Source of the DNA: an uncultured Chloroflexia bacterium
GTDB lineage: Bacteria > Chloroflexota > Anaerolineae > DAOTYC01
Assembly: GCA_963843645.1 (NCBI GenBank)
Contig: CAWJLE010000007.1
Span: forward strand, 36,125-100,124
Direction of reading: 5' to 3'
DNA length: 64,000 bases
Shown: positions 51,103-63,138 of the stretch, in pieces
Numbering within the stretch: position 1 is the stretch's first letter
Layout: each line of letters begins with the position of its first letter
The notes under the pieces: generated by a model
The model's database searches: none
Told to the model about the DNA's origin: nothing
What the model saw: only the letters and a program-made list of their open reading frames with translations
Made by a program: the position numbers and the translations under genes

Positions 51103-51891
51103 GTGGCGACAACAGTTCTGAACATTAGCGACGTCACCCACTATTTCGGTGGGTTGCGCGCGGTTGGGAGACTTCAACCTGACCCTGGAGACAGGGCCAG
51201 CTGGTGGGTTTGATCGGCCCGAACGGGGCGGGCAAGACCACTATTTTCAACCTGATCACCGGCGTGTACCGGCCAACGACGGAGAGATCGTGCTCAACGG
51301 CGAGTCTCTGGTAGGCCAGCCGTCGTTCCGGATCATGCAGAAGGGCGTGGCACGCACGTTCCAGACGATCCGTCTGTACGGCGACCTGCCGGTGATCGAG
51401 AACGTCGAGCTGGGGCAGCCAGTTTCACGCGGACTACGGGCTGGTGTCGGCGATGCTGCGGCTGGGCGCGCTACTATCAAGGTGAGCAGCACTTCCGCGA
51501 GAGGGCGATGGACCTGCTGGATCGGTTCGGCCTCGCGGATCGGGCGTGGGAGAACGGCGAGCAATCTGCCCTACGGCGAGCAGCGCCGCCTCGAGATTTG
51601 CCGCGCTCTGGCCTCCGATCCCCAGCTGCTGCTGCTGGACGAGCCGGCGGCCGGCATGAACCCCCAAGAGGTCGAGGAGCTGATGGAGCTGATCACCTGG
51701 GTTCACGAGCACTTCAAGCTGACGATCCTGCTGATCGAGCACCACATGCGCGTCGTGATGGGTATCTGCCCGCACATCGTGGTGATGGACTTCGGCGAAG
51801 TCATCGCTCGCGGCAACCCGCAGGAGATCCAGACCAACCCTCGGGTGATCGAGGCCTACCTGGGCACTGACGAGGATGAGGAGGCGGCCTG

Positions 51892-51892
<1 letters not shown>
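51103..51892 (+). CDS. livG: LivG-type ATPase (frameshifts)
   Basis: GPNGAGKTT in an alternate frame, [28 protein letters not shown]. Confidence 0.88.
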
Positions 51893-52605
<713 letters not shown>

Positions 52606-52641
52606 CGCGCTGCCATTTGAGTCATTACGGGGAGGCGTCCT

Positions 52642-52818
52642 GTGTGGGATAGAAAGATGATGTTTGCGACGGTCTCGTCGGTGCTCGGCGTGATCCTGAT
52701 GTTTGTGTCCATGCTGCAGCAGATTCCGCTGAACTTTCGCTACGGATGCATCACGGCCATGATCATCTGCGAGGCTGTGTTCGTCTGGTCGTTCCTGTCG
52801 CTGGGAACTGAGAGCTGA
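52642..52818 (+). CDS. Small two-TM membrane protein (58 aa), not in the ORF track
   Basis: RBS GGAGG, GTG start: MWDRKMMFATVSSVLGVILMFVSMLQQIPLNFRYGCITAMIICEAVFVWSFLSLGTES. Confidence 0.55.
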   Translation: MWDRKMMFATVSSVLGVILMFVSMLQQIPLNFRYGCITAMIICEAVFVWSFLSLGTES

Positions 52819-52919
52819 AGTTCGGTCGCAGCCGAACCTGAAGACGGACCACAGAACGTGGCGGTCCGCCTCGTCCAGCACGGGCGAGGCGGATCGCTCT
52901 TGCTTTGGATTGGAGCCCT

Positions 52920-53070
52920 GGCGGTTCTGGTGGGTGCCAGCGTCCGGCAGACCTCTCTCCCGCCTCTCCCCTGAGAAGGGAGAGGAGCAAGTCGTTGCCG
53001 TTCTCCTCTCCCTTCTCAGGGGAGAGGCGGGAGAGAGGTCTGCCGGACGCTGGCACCCACCAGAACCGCC
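52920..53070. repeat. REP family B with extended unique arms
   Basis: ggcggttctggtgggtgccagcgtccggca...tgccggacgctggcacccaccagaaccgcc. Confidence 0.85.
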
Positions 53071-53100
53071 AGACCAGGCGAATTCCGAATGGAGGGCGAA

Positions 53101-54459
53101 ATGCCGAGGGATTTGAGCTCGATCGAAGGCGGTGGTGGCGCGAGAGCACGAGGTCTACACCGCGGCGTCGAAGATTCCATATTTTCCGCTGGTGGTCGCC
53201 CGCGGTCATGGGGCGACCTCGAGGACGTGGACGGCAACGCAGTACCTCGATTTTCTGAGCAGCCGCCGCCTCGCTGAACACAGGCCACGCCCATCCGAAG
53301 ATCGTGGCGGCGGTGAAAGCCCAGGCGGAGAAGTTCCTCAACTACACGTTCGTATACGCATACCACGAGCCGGCCGTCGACCTGGCGGGCCGGCTGGCCG
53401 AGCTGGTGCCGGTGGCGGAGCCGGCGAAGGTCACCTTCGGCTGTCGGGTTCCGACGCGAACGACGGCGCCATGAAGCTGATACGCCGGGCGACGGGGCGG
53501 CCGAAGATCATCGCCTTGCTGCGCTCGTATCACGGGTCCACGTACGGCGCGGCGACGCTCTCCGCCGTGTCCCTGAACATGACGCGCGGCCTGGGGCCGA
53601 TGGTGCCGGGCGTGGTCCACGTGCCGTTCGCCGACTGCTATCGTTGCCCTACGGCCAGACGTACGGCAAGTGCGAACGAGTGCGTGTCGTACATCGACAA
53701 CGCTGTTCGACTGCCGGCTGCCCCCAGACGAGGTCGCCGGGCATCATCCTGGAGCCGGTCCAAGGCGACGCGGGCGTGGTTCCGCCGCCGCCGGAGTTCA
53801 TGGCCGGGCCTGCGCGAATCTGTGACTCGAAGCACGGGATTCTATTTGTGGCCGAAGAGGTGCAGACGGGTTTCGGCCGTACGGGCAAGTGGTTTGCCAT
53901 CGAGCACTGGGGCATTCAGCCCGACGTGGCGATGCATCGGCAAGGCGCTGGGGGCGGGCATGCCCATCAGCGCCGTCGTGGCGCGGGCCGGACCTGATGG
54001 ACGCCTGGGAGCTGCCGGCGCACCTCTTTACCAACGGGGGCAACGCCGTGTGCTGCGCGGCGGCCCTGGCGAACATCGAGGTCATTGAGCGAAGAGAAAC
54101 TCGTCGAGCGGTCGGCGACGCTGGGCGAGCAGATCATGGCGCGGTTCCGCGAGATGCAGGCCCGGTACGAGCTGATCGGCGACGTGCGTGGCAAGGGGCT
54201 CATGATCGGCGTCGATCTGGTGAAGAATCGCGATACGAAGGAACGGGCGCGGGACGAAGCGGCCAAGGTTTGTATGCGCTGCTACGAAAAGGGACTGATC
54301 CTGTCTTTCTTCAGCAATTCGGTTCTGCGGATCGCCCCGCCGTTGGTGGTCAGCGACGCCGAGGCCGAGAGCGCGCTGCGGACCATCGAGGAGTCGATGC
54401 GCGAAGTACAGGAGGGACGGGTCTCGGACGAGGCGATCCGCGACATGAAGGGCTGGTGA
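53101..54459 (+). CDS. Class-III aminotransferase-fold amino-acid racemase/epimerase (ILEP/BAR-like; many frameshifts)
   Basis: GSDANDGA, SYHGSTYG, SLNMTRGLGPM, EPVQGDAG, GKALGAGMP, PAHLFT, C-terminal GW. Confidence 0.75.
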
Positions 54460-54590
54460 ACTGCAAAGTCAGGTGGATTCTGACGGAAAGCCGGGTGGCC
54501 CCCGAAAGGTGCATGTAGGGACGACCCTGTGTGGTTGCCCCCTGGCAGGGATTCCGTCGGAGGTTACTTCAATTGGGAGGGCTGTCGAGG

Positions 54591-54904
54591 ATGGCGCAAA
54601 AGGCAAGACGAGGTGACTGGGTGCAGATCCACAACGTGATCTGGCAGCCGGGCAACGGGCGTCGCAGGTGCCGGAGGATACGCAGAAGGTCCCATTGGAA
54701 ATGTGGTTGAAGGGTTTTCTGAACGAAGCCAGAGGCCGAGATTGGGCAAGAAGTGACCATCACGACGGTGACCGGGCGGCAGGTGCAGGGACGCTGTCGG
54801 CTGATCATGGCCCGCCTATCCGCACAATTTTGGGGAGCCGGTTGCCGAACTGTCTGACCATGGGGCGCGAGCTGCGCGAAATGCTGGAATCTGGCGGGAA
54901 GTGA
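54591..54904 (+). CDS. ortA: 2-amino-4-ketopentanoate thiolase alpha subunit (frameshifted)
   Basis: GDWVQIH, VPEDTQKVPLEMWLKGFL, HNFG.P, GRELREML. Confidence 0.85.
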
Positions 54905-54910
54905 GGAACA

Positions 54911-56340
54911 ATGAGCGAGCGAGACGAGCTACCAAACGGTGATGTCGCGCCGCGCCGAAATCACCCGGAAGGCGGTCGGGCATCGACTACGCTGAATTCG
55001 AGCGCAGCCCCATCGCGTTCGACTACGAAGGGTTGATGGAGCAGGCCGGCTACTCGCTCGAGCCGAAGTGCAGCGGATCCAGCGGTTGACTCAGGTGGGC
55101 AACACGCCGCTGGTCGAGCTGCGGAACGTGACTGCGCTGGTCCGCAAGCTGGCCCAGCCCGGCAAGGGCGCGCGGATCTTCCTGAAGGACGAGTCCGCCA
55201 ATCCGTCGGGCAGCTTCAAGGACCGCCGCGCGTCGGTCGCGGTGTATCGGGCGAAGCAGCAAGGCTACCCCGGCACCGCCTGCGCCAGCAGCGGCAACTA
55301 CGCCGCCGCCGTGGCCTCCCAGTCCGCGAAGTGGGGGCTGAAGTGCATCGTCGTGCAGGAAGTGTACGACAGCCTGGGGCGAGGGCCAGCCGGAGATCGT
55401 GGAGAAGGGCCGCGCCTGCGAGGCGTATGGCGCCGAGGTCTGGCAGCTGACGGTCGGCCCCGAGCTGTTCTACGTGTTTCTCCGCCTGCTGGACGAGACC
55501 GGATATTTCAGCGCTTCGCTGTATACGCCGTTTGCCATCGCCGGCATTGAGACGCTGGGCTACGAGATCGGCGAGCAGATGAAGGCCACGGAGGGCCGTG
55601 CGCCGGACGCCGTGATCGTCACCCACGCGGGCGGCGGCAACGTCACCGGCACCGCCCGAGGATTGCGCAAGGCCGGCTGCGCGGACACGCAGATCATCGC
55701 GGCCAGCGTCGACCTGCGCGGTCTGCACATGGCCAGCGACCACGATTTCAATCTGAAGTCGTTCACGACCGGGCACACCGGTTTCGGCGTGCCGTTCGCG
55801 ACGTTCCCCGATCGCGCGGACGTCCCCCGCAACGCGGCCCGCGCACTGCGGTACCTGGACCGCTACACGCTGGTGACGCAGGGCGAGGTGTTCTTCGCCA
55901 CCGAAATGCTGGCCCAGCTGGAAGGTATGGAGCGCGGTCCGGCCGGCAATACGTCACTGGCGGCGGCCTTCTGCGTGGCGCAGGAGATGGACCGGGATCA
56001 GATCCTGGTCATCAGCGAGACGGAGTACACCGGCGCCGGCAAACACCCCACGGCCCAGCTGACCTTCGCCCGGCAGAACGGCGTCCGGGTCGAGCGTGGC
56101 GATCCGCGCGATAACCGCCCGGGCCAGGCGATCGTCATTCCGCGGCACCCGGCGATGATGTCGATTGAGGAAATGGACCTCGGCGGCATCCGGCGCTCGT
56201 ACGTGCGGCACGCGCTGAGCGCGGCGCAGGCGGCGGGGCACGAGCCTACGGCGGCGGACGTGGACTTCATGGCCGAAGACACGCACACCACACCGGAATG
56301 GGTCCGGCGGACACTGCAGGCGGCGCCGGCCGCCGGGTGA
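54911..56340 (+). CDS. ortB: 2-amino-4-ketopentanoate thiolase beta subunit (frameshifted)
   Basis: GIDY..FE...IAFDYE, NPSGSFKDRRA, SSGNY, LHMASD.DFN.KSFTTGHTGFG, ERGPAGNTS, ETEYTGAGKH. Confidence 0.92.
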
Positions 56341-56361
56341 AGCGAGCCGGCTTTTGCGCTT

Positions 56362-56532
56362 AAACTTCCGAAGTTTTGAAAACTCCCAGCACAGACCGCT
56401 GGGCGGTGTCGGAAGTTTGGCTAAGGCGGGCGGGTGAATTTGGCGCGTGTAGGGGCGACCCTGGGTGGTCGCCCTGGCCCCAGGGCGACCACCCAGGGTC
56501 GCCCCTACACGCGCCAAATTCACCCGCCCGCC
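56362..56532. repeat. Family A copy with an insert plus a GTAG-type family C long hairpin
   Basis: Near-perfect ~108-bp inverted repeat 56425-56532 around gtaggggcgaccctgggtggtcgccc. Confidence 0.85.
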
Positions 56533-56641
56533 ACTTGTTATTCTCCTCCCACCGCGGTAACATATCGATGTACCGAGCCTCCACGAGGATCGGCCTCCGT
56601 CGCTTTCAACCGCTCAGGCAGGCGCGGCCTGGGAGCCCATC

Positions 56642-58426
56642 ATGACCGCTGACCACGAACCACAGAGCCGATCGCTGGGAACGCCGGGACTCTACGTGTT
56701 GTCGATTCTGATCGGCGTCGTCGGCGGCCTGGGCGCCGCGCTGTTTCGCGATTTGATCGCATTCTTCCACAATCTGCTGTTCTTGGGCCGGCTGTCCGCA
56801 GCCTACGACGTCACGGAGCACACGCCGGCGAGTCCCTGGGGCGTGGGAGTGATCCTGGTGCCGGCAGTGGGCGCGCTCGGCGTGGCGTACCTGGTTAAGA
56901 ACTTCGCTCCCGAAGCCAAGGGGACCGGCGTGCCGGAGGTCATGGACGCGATCTACTACGGCGGTGCTGCGATCCGGCCCGTCGTGGCCGTCGTCAAGGC
57001 GGTGGCCTCCGCACTGTCCATCGGCAGCGGAGGATCGATAGGCCGAGAAGGGCCGATCATCCAGATCGGGTCGGCATTCGGATCCGCCGTGGGCCAGGTC
57101 CTGAGCCTGCGGCCGTGGCAGCGCGTCGCTCTGGTGGCGGCCGGCGCCGGGGCCGGCATCGCGGCTACTTTCGACACGCCGATCGGCGGCGTGCTGTTCG
57201 CCATGGAAATCCTGCTGCACGAAGTGAGCGTGCGGACGCTGGTCCCCGTGGCGCTTGCAGCCGCGACGGCGACGTATGTCGGCCGGGTCATCTTCGGCCC
57301 TCTTCCCTCGTTCGTCACCTTCCACACGCCCTATTTCCAGGTCCCCGGCCCGGAGCAATTGGTCTTTTTCGCCGGGCTGGGCGCGCTCCTGGGCCTCGTC
57401 TCGGCGCTCTTCATCAAGTCGATCTATGGGTTCGTGGATTTCTTCGATCGGCGAGTCGGCGGCAGCTACTACCGCCGCCACGTGCTGGGCATGCTGGCGT
57501 TCGGCGTCACGATCTACCTGCTGCTGATCACCACGGGCCATTACTACGTCGAGGGTCTCGGCTATGCCACCGTGCAGGACGTCTTGCTGGATGTGCCCAT
57601 TCCGTTGCACTTGCTCGTCATCTTGTTTGCACTGAAGCTGTTCGCCACCTCGTTGACGCTGGGCTCCGGCGCTTCGGGCGGGATCTTCTCGCCCACTTTG
57701 TTTCTGGGCGCCACGTTGGGGGCGGCCTACGGTCTCGCCCTGCAGCAGATCTTTCACGCGCTGCCCATCAGCCCCGCGGCGTTTACGGTGGCGGGCATGG
57801 CCGGGGTCGTCGGCGGCGTTACGGGGGCGGCCATGGCCGCAATCGTCATGATCCTGGAGATGACGCTCGACTACAACGTCGCCATCCCGGTGGTGATCAC
57901 CGTGGCCCTCGCCTATGGGATACGCCGCGCCGTGTGCGAGGACACCATATACACGTCGAAGCTCGTTCGACGGGGCCGGCTCGTGCCACGCGCGTTGTTT
58001 CTGAGCCCACTGCAATTGACGATGGCCCGCGACGTCATGGACGTCCACGTCGCGGGGGTGCCCTTCGACGCTCCGGCCGAACAGCTGGCCCGCACCGTCA
58101 CGGTGCATCCTGATGCCTCCTGGTTCCTGGTGGAGTCCGGCGGCCGGGTACAGAGCGTCGTCCCCAGGCATCGCGTGGAATGCGCGCCCAACGGTGGCCC
58201 GGAACCGGTGGGCCTCGGCGAGATCGCCGCCGACAGCTACGTCGCCGTGCCGGAGCGTGCGCCGGTGTCCGAGGTCGTCTCCGCGCTGAGCGAGAGCGGC
58301 GCGGCGGTCGCCCTGGTCACGTCCGGCGCCGGTCCCGGTCCCGTTTCGGTGGATGAAGTGCAGGGAGTGGTCACGCGTCAGGCGATTGCCGACGTCACCG
58401 TCGACGCGGCTAAATGGTTCGATTGA
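56642..58426 (+). CDS. ClC-family Cl-/H+ antiporter with CBS domains
   Basis: GTGVPE, GREGP (gating Glu), FAMEI, GGIFSP, IYT, C-terminal CBS pair. Confidence 0.92.
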   Translation: MTADHEPQSRSLGTPGLYVLSILIGVVGGLGAALFRDLIAFFHNLLFLGRLSAAYDVTEHTPASPWGVGVILVPAVGALGVAYLVKNFAPEAKGTGVPEVMDAIYYGGAAIRPVVAVVKAVASALSIGSGGSIGREGPIIQIGSAFGSAVGQVLSLRPWQRVALVAAGAGAGIAATFDTPIGGVLFAMEILLHEVSVRTLVPVALAAATATYVGRVIFGPLPSFVTFHTPYFQVPGPEQLVFFAGLGALLGLVSALFIKSIYGFVDFFDRRVGGSYYRRHVLGMLAFGVTIYLLLITTGHYYVEGLGYATVQDVLLDVPIPLHLLVILFALKLFATSLTLGSGASGGIFSPTLFLGATLGAAYGLALQQIFHALPISPAAFTVAGMAGVVGGVTGAAMAAIVMILEMTLDYNVAIPVVITVALAYGIRRAVCEDTIYTSKLVRRGRLVPRALFLSPLQLTMARDVMDVHVAGVPFDAPAEQLARTVTVHPDASWFLVESGGRVQSVVPRHRVECAPNGGPEPVGLGEIAADSYVAVPERAPVSEVVSALSESGAAVALVTSGAGPGPVSVDEVQGVVTRQAIADVTVDAAKWFD

Positions 58427-58454
58427 GTTCTCGGGCTTTTTAGGCGGATACCGT

Positions 58455-58483
58455 TTGACGTTATGCCGTTCTGGTGTTACAAT
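58455..58483 (+). promoter_or_regulatory. Sigma-70 promoter of yceD-rpmF
   Basis: TTGACG-17-TGtTACAAT. Confidence 0.65.
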
Positions 58484-58519
58484 CTCTGTCTGCATACAAC
58501 AGACAGCGGTGAGGCAATT

Positions 58520-59053
58520 ATGTCGGACAATAGTAATACGCAGTTTAACGTCGCTCAGCTGTTGAAATCGACCGTGGGTGCGACCCGGCAGTACGAAGTA
58601 GAGGCTACCGTTCCAAGCCTGAGTGAGGAGGCCAGGCTGACCAAGCCGGTAACCGGGGAGGTGCGATTGACCCGGACCCAACAAGGAATTCTGGCCCAGG
58701 GGCACTTTCAGACTGAAGCCGAGCTCACTTGTGATCGGTGCCTGGAGCCGTTTGAATCGGTGATCGAGTTCGACGTGGAGGAGGAGTTCGTACCCACGAC
58801 CGACGTGAATACCGGCAAATGGCTGAAGCTGGAAGAGACCGACCCGGCGTTGTTGATCAACGAGCACCATCTCCTCGATCTCGAGGAGGTTTTCCGGCAG
58901 GCGATTGTGTTGGCGGTGCCGATGCACCCGATCTGCCGGTCAGGTTGTGCGGGGCTTTGCCCGCAGTGCGGTAAGAATCTTAATGAAGGCCCATGTGACT
59001 GTGTTCAGGACGAAGTCGACCCACGCTGGCAAAAGCTGCGTGAGCTGAAGTAG
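58520..59053 (+). CDS. yceD: YceD/DUF177 protein
   Basis: CDRCL, C...C.GLCPQCG.NLN...C.C, DPRW. Confidence 0.92.
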   Translation: MSDNSNTQFNVAQLLKSTVGATRQYEVEATVPSLSEEARLTKPVTGEVRLTRTQQGILAQGHFQTEAELTCDRCLEPFESVIEFDVEEEFVPTTDVNTGKWLKLEETDPALLINEHHLLDLEEVFRQAIVLAVPMHPICRSGCAGLCPQCGKNLNEGPCDCVQDEVDPRWQKLRELK

Positions 59054-59119
59054 CGGCGGGGCCCGCATTACGGATATCACGATTGCTCAACGAGCTGCTT
59101 TGAAAGGAGTCATTAGGGA

Positions 59120-59326
59120 ATGGCACCTCTGCCGAAAAGGAAACTCTCGAAGGGTCGTCGCGATCGTCGTCGCGCGCACGACTTTCTGACGCCGGTCAGC
59201 CTGGTGGCCTGTCCGCAGTGCCACGCCATGCGTCCGCATCATCAGGTATGTCCTTCTTGTGGGAGCTACAACGGGGTGGAAGTCCTGAAGATCGAAACGA
59301 AGAAGAAAACACCGAAGCCCGAATAG
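59120..59326 (+). CDS. rpmF: 50S ribosomal protein L32
   Basis: PKRKLSK.RRD.RR, CPQC...HQVCPSCGSY. Confidence 0.96.
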   Translation: MAPLPKRKLSKGRRDRRRAHDFLTPVSLVACPQCHAMRPHHQVCPSCGSYNGVEVLKIETKKKTPKPE

Positions 59327-59334
59327 GGCCTATG

Positions 59335-59480
59335 GCATTTGGGATGGCGGATGCGGGTATTCGGATCCAAAATCTCAAGTGGGGTTTGGGATTGCGGATT
59401 GCGGATTCCAAATCCGCAGTCCGGCTGTCCAAACACCATTTGGGGGTTTTGGATTTGAAACCCGCAATTCGCAATCCAGA
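59335..59480. repeat. Heptamer repeat tract (GGATTGC/AATCCGC) in both orientations
   Basis: ggattgcggattgcggattcc...aatccgc...cgcaattcgcaatcc. Confidence 0.65.
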
Positions 59481-59520
59481 TGCCACCGTTGGTGGCCCAT
59501 TCCAGGTGATGAGGGGAGCA

Positions 59521-60462
59521 ATGATTCGAACGGCGCTGACTGATCTGGTCGGAATTCGCCACCCTATCATCCAGGGAGGGATGGCCTGGGTGGCGACCGC
59601 GGAGTTGGCGGCCGCCGTCTCCGAAGCCGGTGCCTGGGGATCGTAGGCGGCGGGAACAATCCGCCGGACTACGTTTTGGACCAGGTGCAGAGTCAAGAGC
59701 TGGACTCAGGAGCCTTTCGGTGTCAATATCCCCCTCTTCTCTTCCTTCATCCAGGATATCATCGACATCTGCATCCAAGAGAAGGTGGCCGTCGTCACGA
59801 CCGGGGCGGGCAATCCCGGGCCGTTCATCGGCGACCTGAAGCGTGCGGGCATCGTGATCATTCCCGTGGTCGCGTCGGTGGCCCTCGCGCGGCGGCTCGT
59901 CCGCGCTGGGCGTGGATGCGGTCGTGGCGGAGGGCACCGAATCCGGCGGGCACGTCGGCGACGTCGGCACGCTGGCCCTCGTGCCGCAGGTGATGGATGC
60001 GGTGGACGTTCCGGTCATCGCCGCCGGCGGCATCGCGGATGGACGAGGCCTGGCGGCGGCGCTGGCGCTGGGCGCCGCGGGCATTCAGATGGGCACGCGG
60101 TTCATCTGCACGACAGAATGCATCGCGCACGACAACTATAAGCAGATGATTCTGAAGGCCCGGATCGTTCGACGATCACCACCGGGCACAGTGTGGGGCA
60201 CCCGGTGCGGACGATCAAGAATCGCATGAGCCGCGCCTTCGATGACCTGGAAAAGCAGGGCGCTTCGGAGGCGGAGGTGATCGAGTTTGGGACGGGGAGT
60301 CTGCGTCGGGCGGCGATTGACGGGGACGTAGCGCGCGGGTCCTTCATGTGCGGGCAGATCGCGGGCATGATCGACGACGTCGTCTGCGCGGACGAACTGA
60401 TGACGCGAATGGTGGCCGAGGCGGAGAGAATTCTCCGCTCGCTGCCGTCTTTGATCGACTAG
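59521..60462 (+). CDS. fabK: Enoyl-ACP reductase FabK (frameshifts)
   Basis: PIIQGGMAWVA, TTGAGNP, EGTESGGH, AAGGIADGRG, GQIAG; fab-cluster context. Confidence 0.88.
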
Positions 60463-60532
60463 AGGCTTGCACGGGGTTCTCGGAATCCTGCCGGGTCGTC
60501 CGAAAATTCGGAAGTTTGAGGAGAACCGGCCG

Positions 60533-61468
60533 ATGAAACTCGCGCTTCTGTTCCCGGGGCAGGGCTCTCAGAAAGTGGGCATGGGCGCTGACCTGTACGA
60601 GTCGTACCCAGCCGCTCGCTGCGGTCTTCGACCTGGCCGACGAGATTCTCGGCTTTCGATTGTCGCGGCTGTGCTTCGAGGGACCGGAGGCGGAGCTGAC
60701 GGATACGGCCAATGCGCAGCCGGCCATTCTGGTGACGAGCCTGGCGCTGTACGCGGCGCTGAGCGACCGCATCCAGCCGGGTGATTGCGTGGCGGGTCAC
60801 AGCCTGGGCGAGTACACGGCCCTGGTCGTGGCGGGGAGCCTGGCGGCCCCCGATGCGATACGATTGACCCGACAGCGCGGCGAGTGGATGAAGAAGGCCG
60901 GCGACGTTGCGCCCGGCGGCATGGCCGCCATATTGAATATGGAAGATGCGCCCATCGAGACCGCCTGCCAGCAGGCGCGCGATGAGACGGGCGGTGTGGT
61001 GCAGATTGCCAATTACAACTCGCCGGGCCAGATCGTCATTTCCGGCGACGTGAAGCACGCTGGATCGGGCGGTGGAGCTGCTCAAGGAGCGGGGCGCGCG
61101 GCGAGTCATTCCGCTGGCGGTCAGCGTGGCGACGCACTCGCCTCTGATGGCGTACGCGTCGCGATGGCCTGAAGAAGGCGATCGGTGCGGTGAACCTGGC
61201 CGCGCCGGCGGTGCCGGTGATCGGCAACGTGAGCGGCGAAGCGCTGTCCTCGGCGGCTGAGATCGAGCAGGAGCTGATGGCCCAGCTGACCTCGCCGGTG
61301 CGCTGGACGAAGTCGGTCAATGCGATGCTGGCGCGCGGCGTGGAGCACTTCGTCGAGATCGGTCCGGGGACGGTCCTGACCGGGCTGGTGCGGCGGGTCA
61401 AGAAGGACGCGAAGGTGACGAACATCAACGACGCGGCGTCGTTGCGGGCATTCCTGGAGGGCGCATGA
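60533..61468 (+). CDS. fabD: Malonyl-CoA:ACP transacylase (frameshifts)
   Basis: FPGQGSQ, AGHSLGEY, ANYNSPGQ, SPVRW, EIGPG. Confidence 0.93.
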
Positions 61469-62239
61469 GCGAGGAACGACCCAGGCCCCGGCTCTGGGAT
61501 TCAAAGGACGCGTGGCGATCGTGACCGGAGGTTCGCGTGGCATCGGCCGGGCGGTGGCGCTTCGGCTGGCGGCACTGGGCGTGAAGGTGGTGGTCAATTA
61601 CAACAGCCACACCGAAGCGGCCGAAGCCGTGATCGAACAGATCCGGGGAGCCGGCGGCGAGGCGGTTGCGATCGCGGCCAACGTCAGCGACGTGTCCGCG
61701 CGCAGAGACTGGTGGACGAATCGCTGGCGGCGTACGGTCGGGTCGACATCCTGGTGAACAATGCAGGCTTGACGCGCGACAATTTGCTCATGCGCATGAG
61801 CGAGCACGACTGGGACCTGGTTATGAACACCAACCTGAAAGGCGCGTTCAACTGCCTCAAGAGCGTGACGAAGCCGATGTTGAAACAGCGCTATGGGCGC
61901 GTCGTCAACATTACTTCGGTGTCCGGCCTGGCGGGGAATGCGGGCCAGGCGAATTACTCGGCGGCCAAGGCGGGCCTGGTGGGTCTGACGAAGGCTGCCG
62001 CAAAGGAGTTGGGTTCGCGCAACATTACCGTGAACGCCGTGGCGCCCGGTTTCATCGAAACGGACCTGACCGCCGGGCTGCCCGAGGATCTCAAGCAGGC
62101 AGCGGTGAACCTGACGCCGCTGGGTCGCTGGGGTCGGCCGGAGGAAGTGGCGGATGCCGTCGCGTTCCTCGCTTCGGACGAAGCGGCATTCATCACCGGT
62201 CAGGTGCTGTCGGTTGACGGCGGATTCGTGATGCAGTAG
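61465..62239 (+). CDS. fabG: 3-oxoacyl-ACP reductase (frameshifts)
   Basis: TGGSRGIG, NNAGLTRD, YSAAK, VAPGFIETD. Confidence 0.93.
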
Positions 62240-62282
62240 CATTCGACGTTGCCGGTCGCAGCGCGCCGGACGGAGATCATTC

Positions 62283-62633
62283 ATGGAAGACAGACTCGGC
62301 AAAGTAACGATAGCTCCCGACGTGCTGGTGACGATCGTGCGGCTGACCACGCTGTCGATTCCCGGCGTAACCCGAATGAGCGGCAGCTTGACGGGCAACG
62401 TGGATCGCTTTCTCGGCCGGGCGCACATCGGTGAAGGCGTTAGAATCGAAATTGAAGATGACTCAGTTGCTGTTGAGCTTCACATAATTGTTGAGCCCAA
62501 GGCCAACATGTTGAAGCTGGGCCGGGCCATCCAGGCGGAGGTCGCGCGGGCGATCTCGGACATGGTAGGAATGGCCGTCAGGCAGATCAACGTGTACATC
62601 GACAACGTCGATGTAGACCGCCAGGCCGTTTGA
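62283..62633 (+). CDS. Asp23/Gls24-family protein
   Basis: GKVTIAPDVL...IPGV...M.V..INVYI; lies upstream of nusB. Confidence 0.88.
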   Translation: MEDRLGKVTIAPDVLVTIVRLTTLSIPGVTRMSGSLTGNVDRFLGRAHIGEGVRIEIEDDSVAVELHIIVEPKANMLKLGRAIQAEVARAISDMVGMAVRQINVYIDNVDVDRQAV

Positions 62634-62649
62634 AAGGCTAGAAGACGTC

Positions 62650-63060
62650 GTGAAGGTTCGTACTCGAGCAAGGATCGTCGCTCTACAGGCACTTTTCGAA
62701 ATCGATTGCGTGGGGCACGATCCCCAGGTAGTACTCGAATATCGGTTGGAAGACAGTGATTTGCCGCCGGCCGGGCGCTCGTTCGTGCACATGCTCGTCG
62801 AGGGTGTTCTCGCGCGAACGAAGGCGCTGGATGACCTGATTGCGAGGTATGCGCCAGAGTGGCCGGTGGATCAGATGGCGATCATCGACCGGAACATTCT
62901 GCGCATTGCCATTTATGAGATTGCCACGTCAGAAAACACGCCGATCAAGGTGGCGATCAACGAAGCGGTCGAGTTGGCGAAGGTTTTCGGCAGCGGCAGT
63001 TCACGCCGCTTCGTGAACGGGGTGTTAGGGTCTTTCGTCGCGCAGGGTGGACGTTTGACC
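62650..63060 (+). CDS. nusB: Transcription antitermination factor NusB (end approximate; no stop before tatB)
   Basis: R.RAR..ALQALF, IDRNILR, VAINEAVELAK.F, FVNGVL. Confidence 0.92.
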
Positions 63061-63138
63061 TGGAAGGACAACGGGCCGGAGACGCCCTCCGGCGGACAGG
63101 ATTCGCTCCAGGTCGAGACCTGGAAATGGGGTGAGCAG

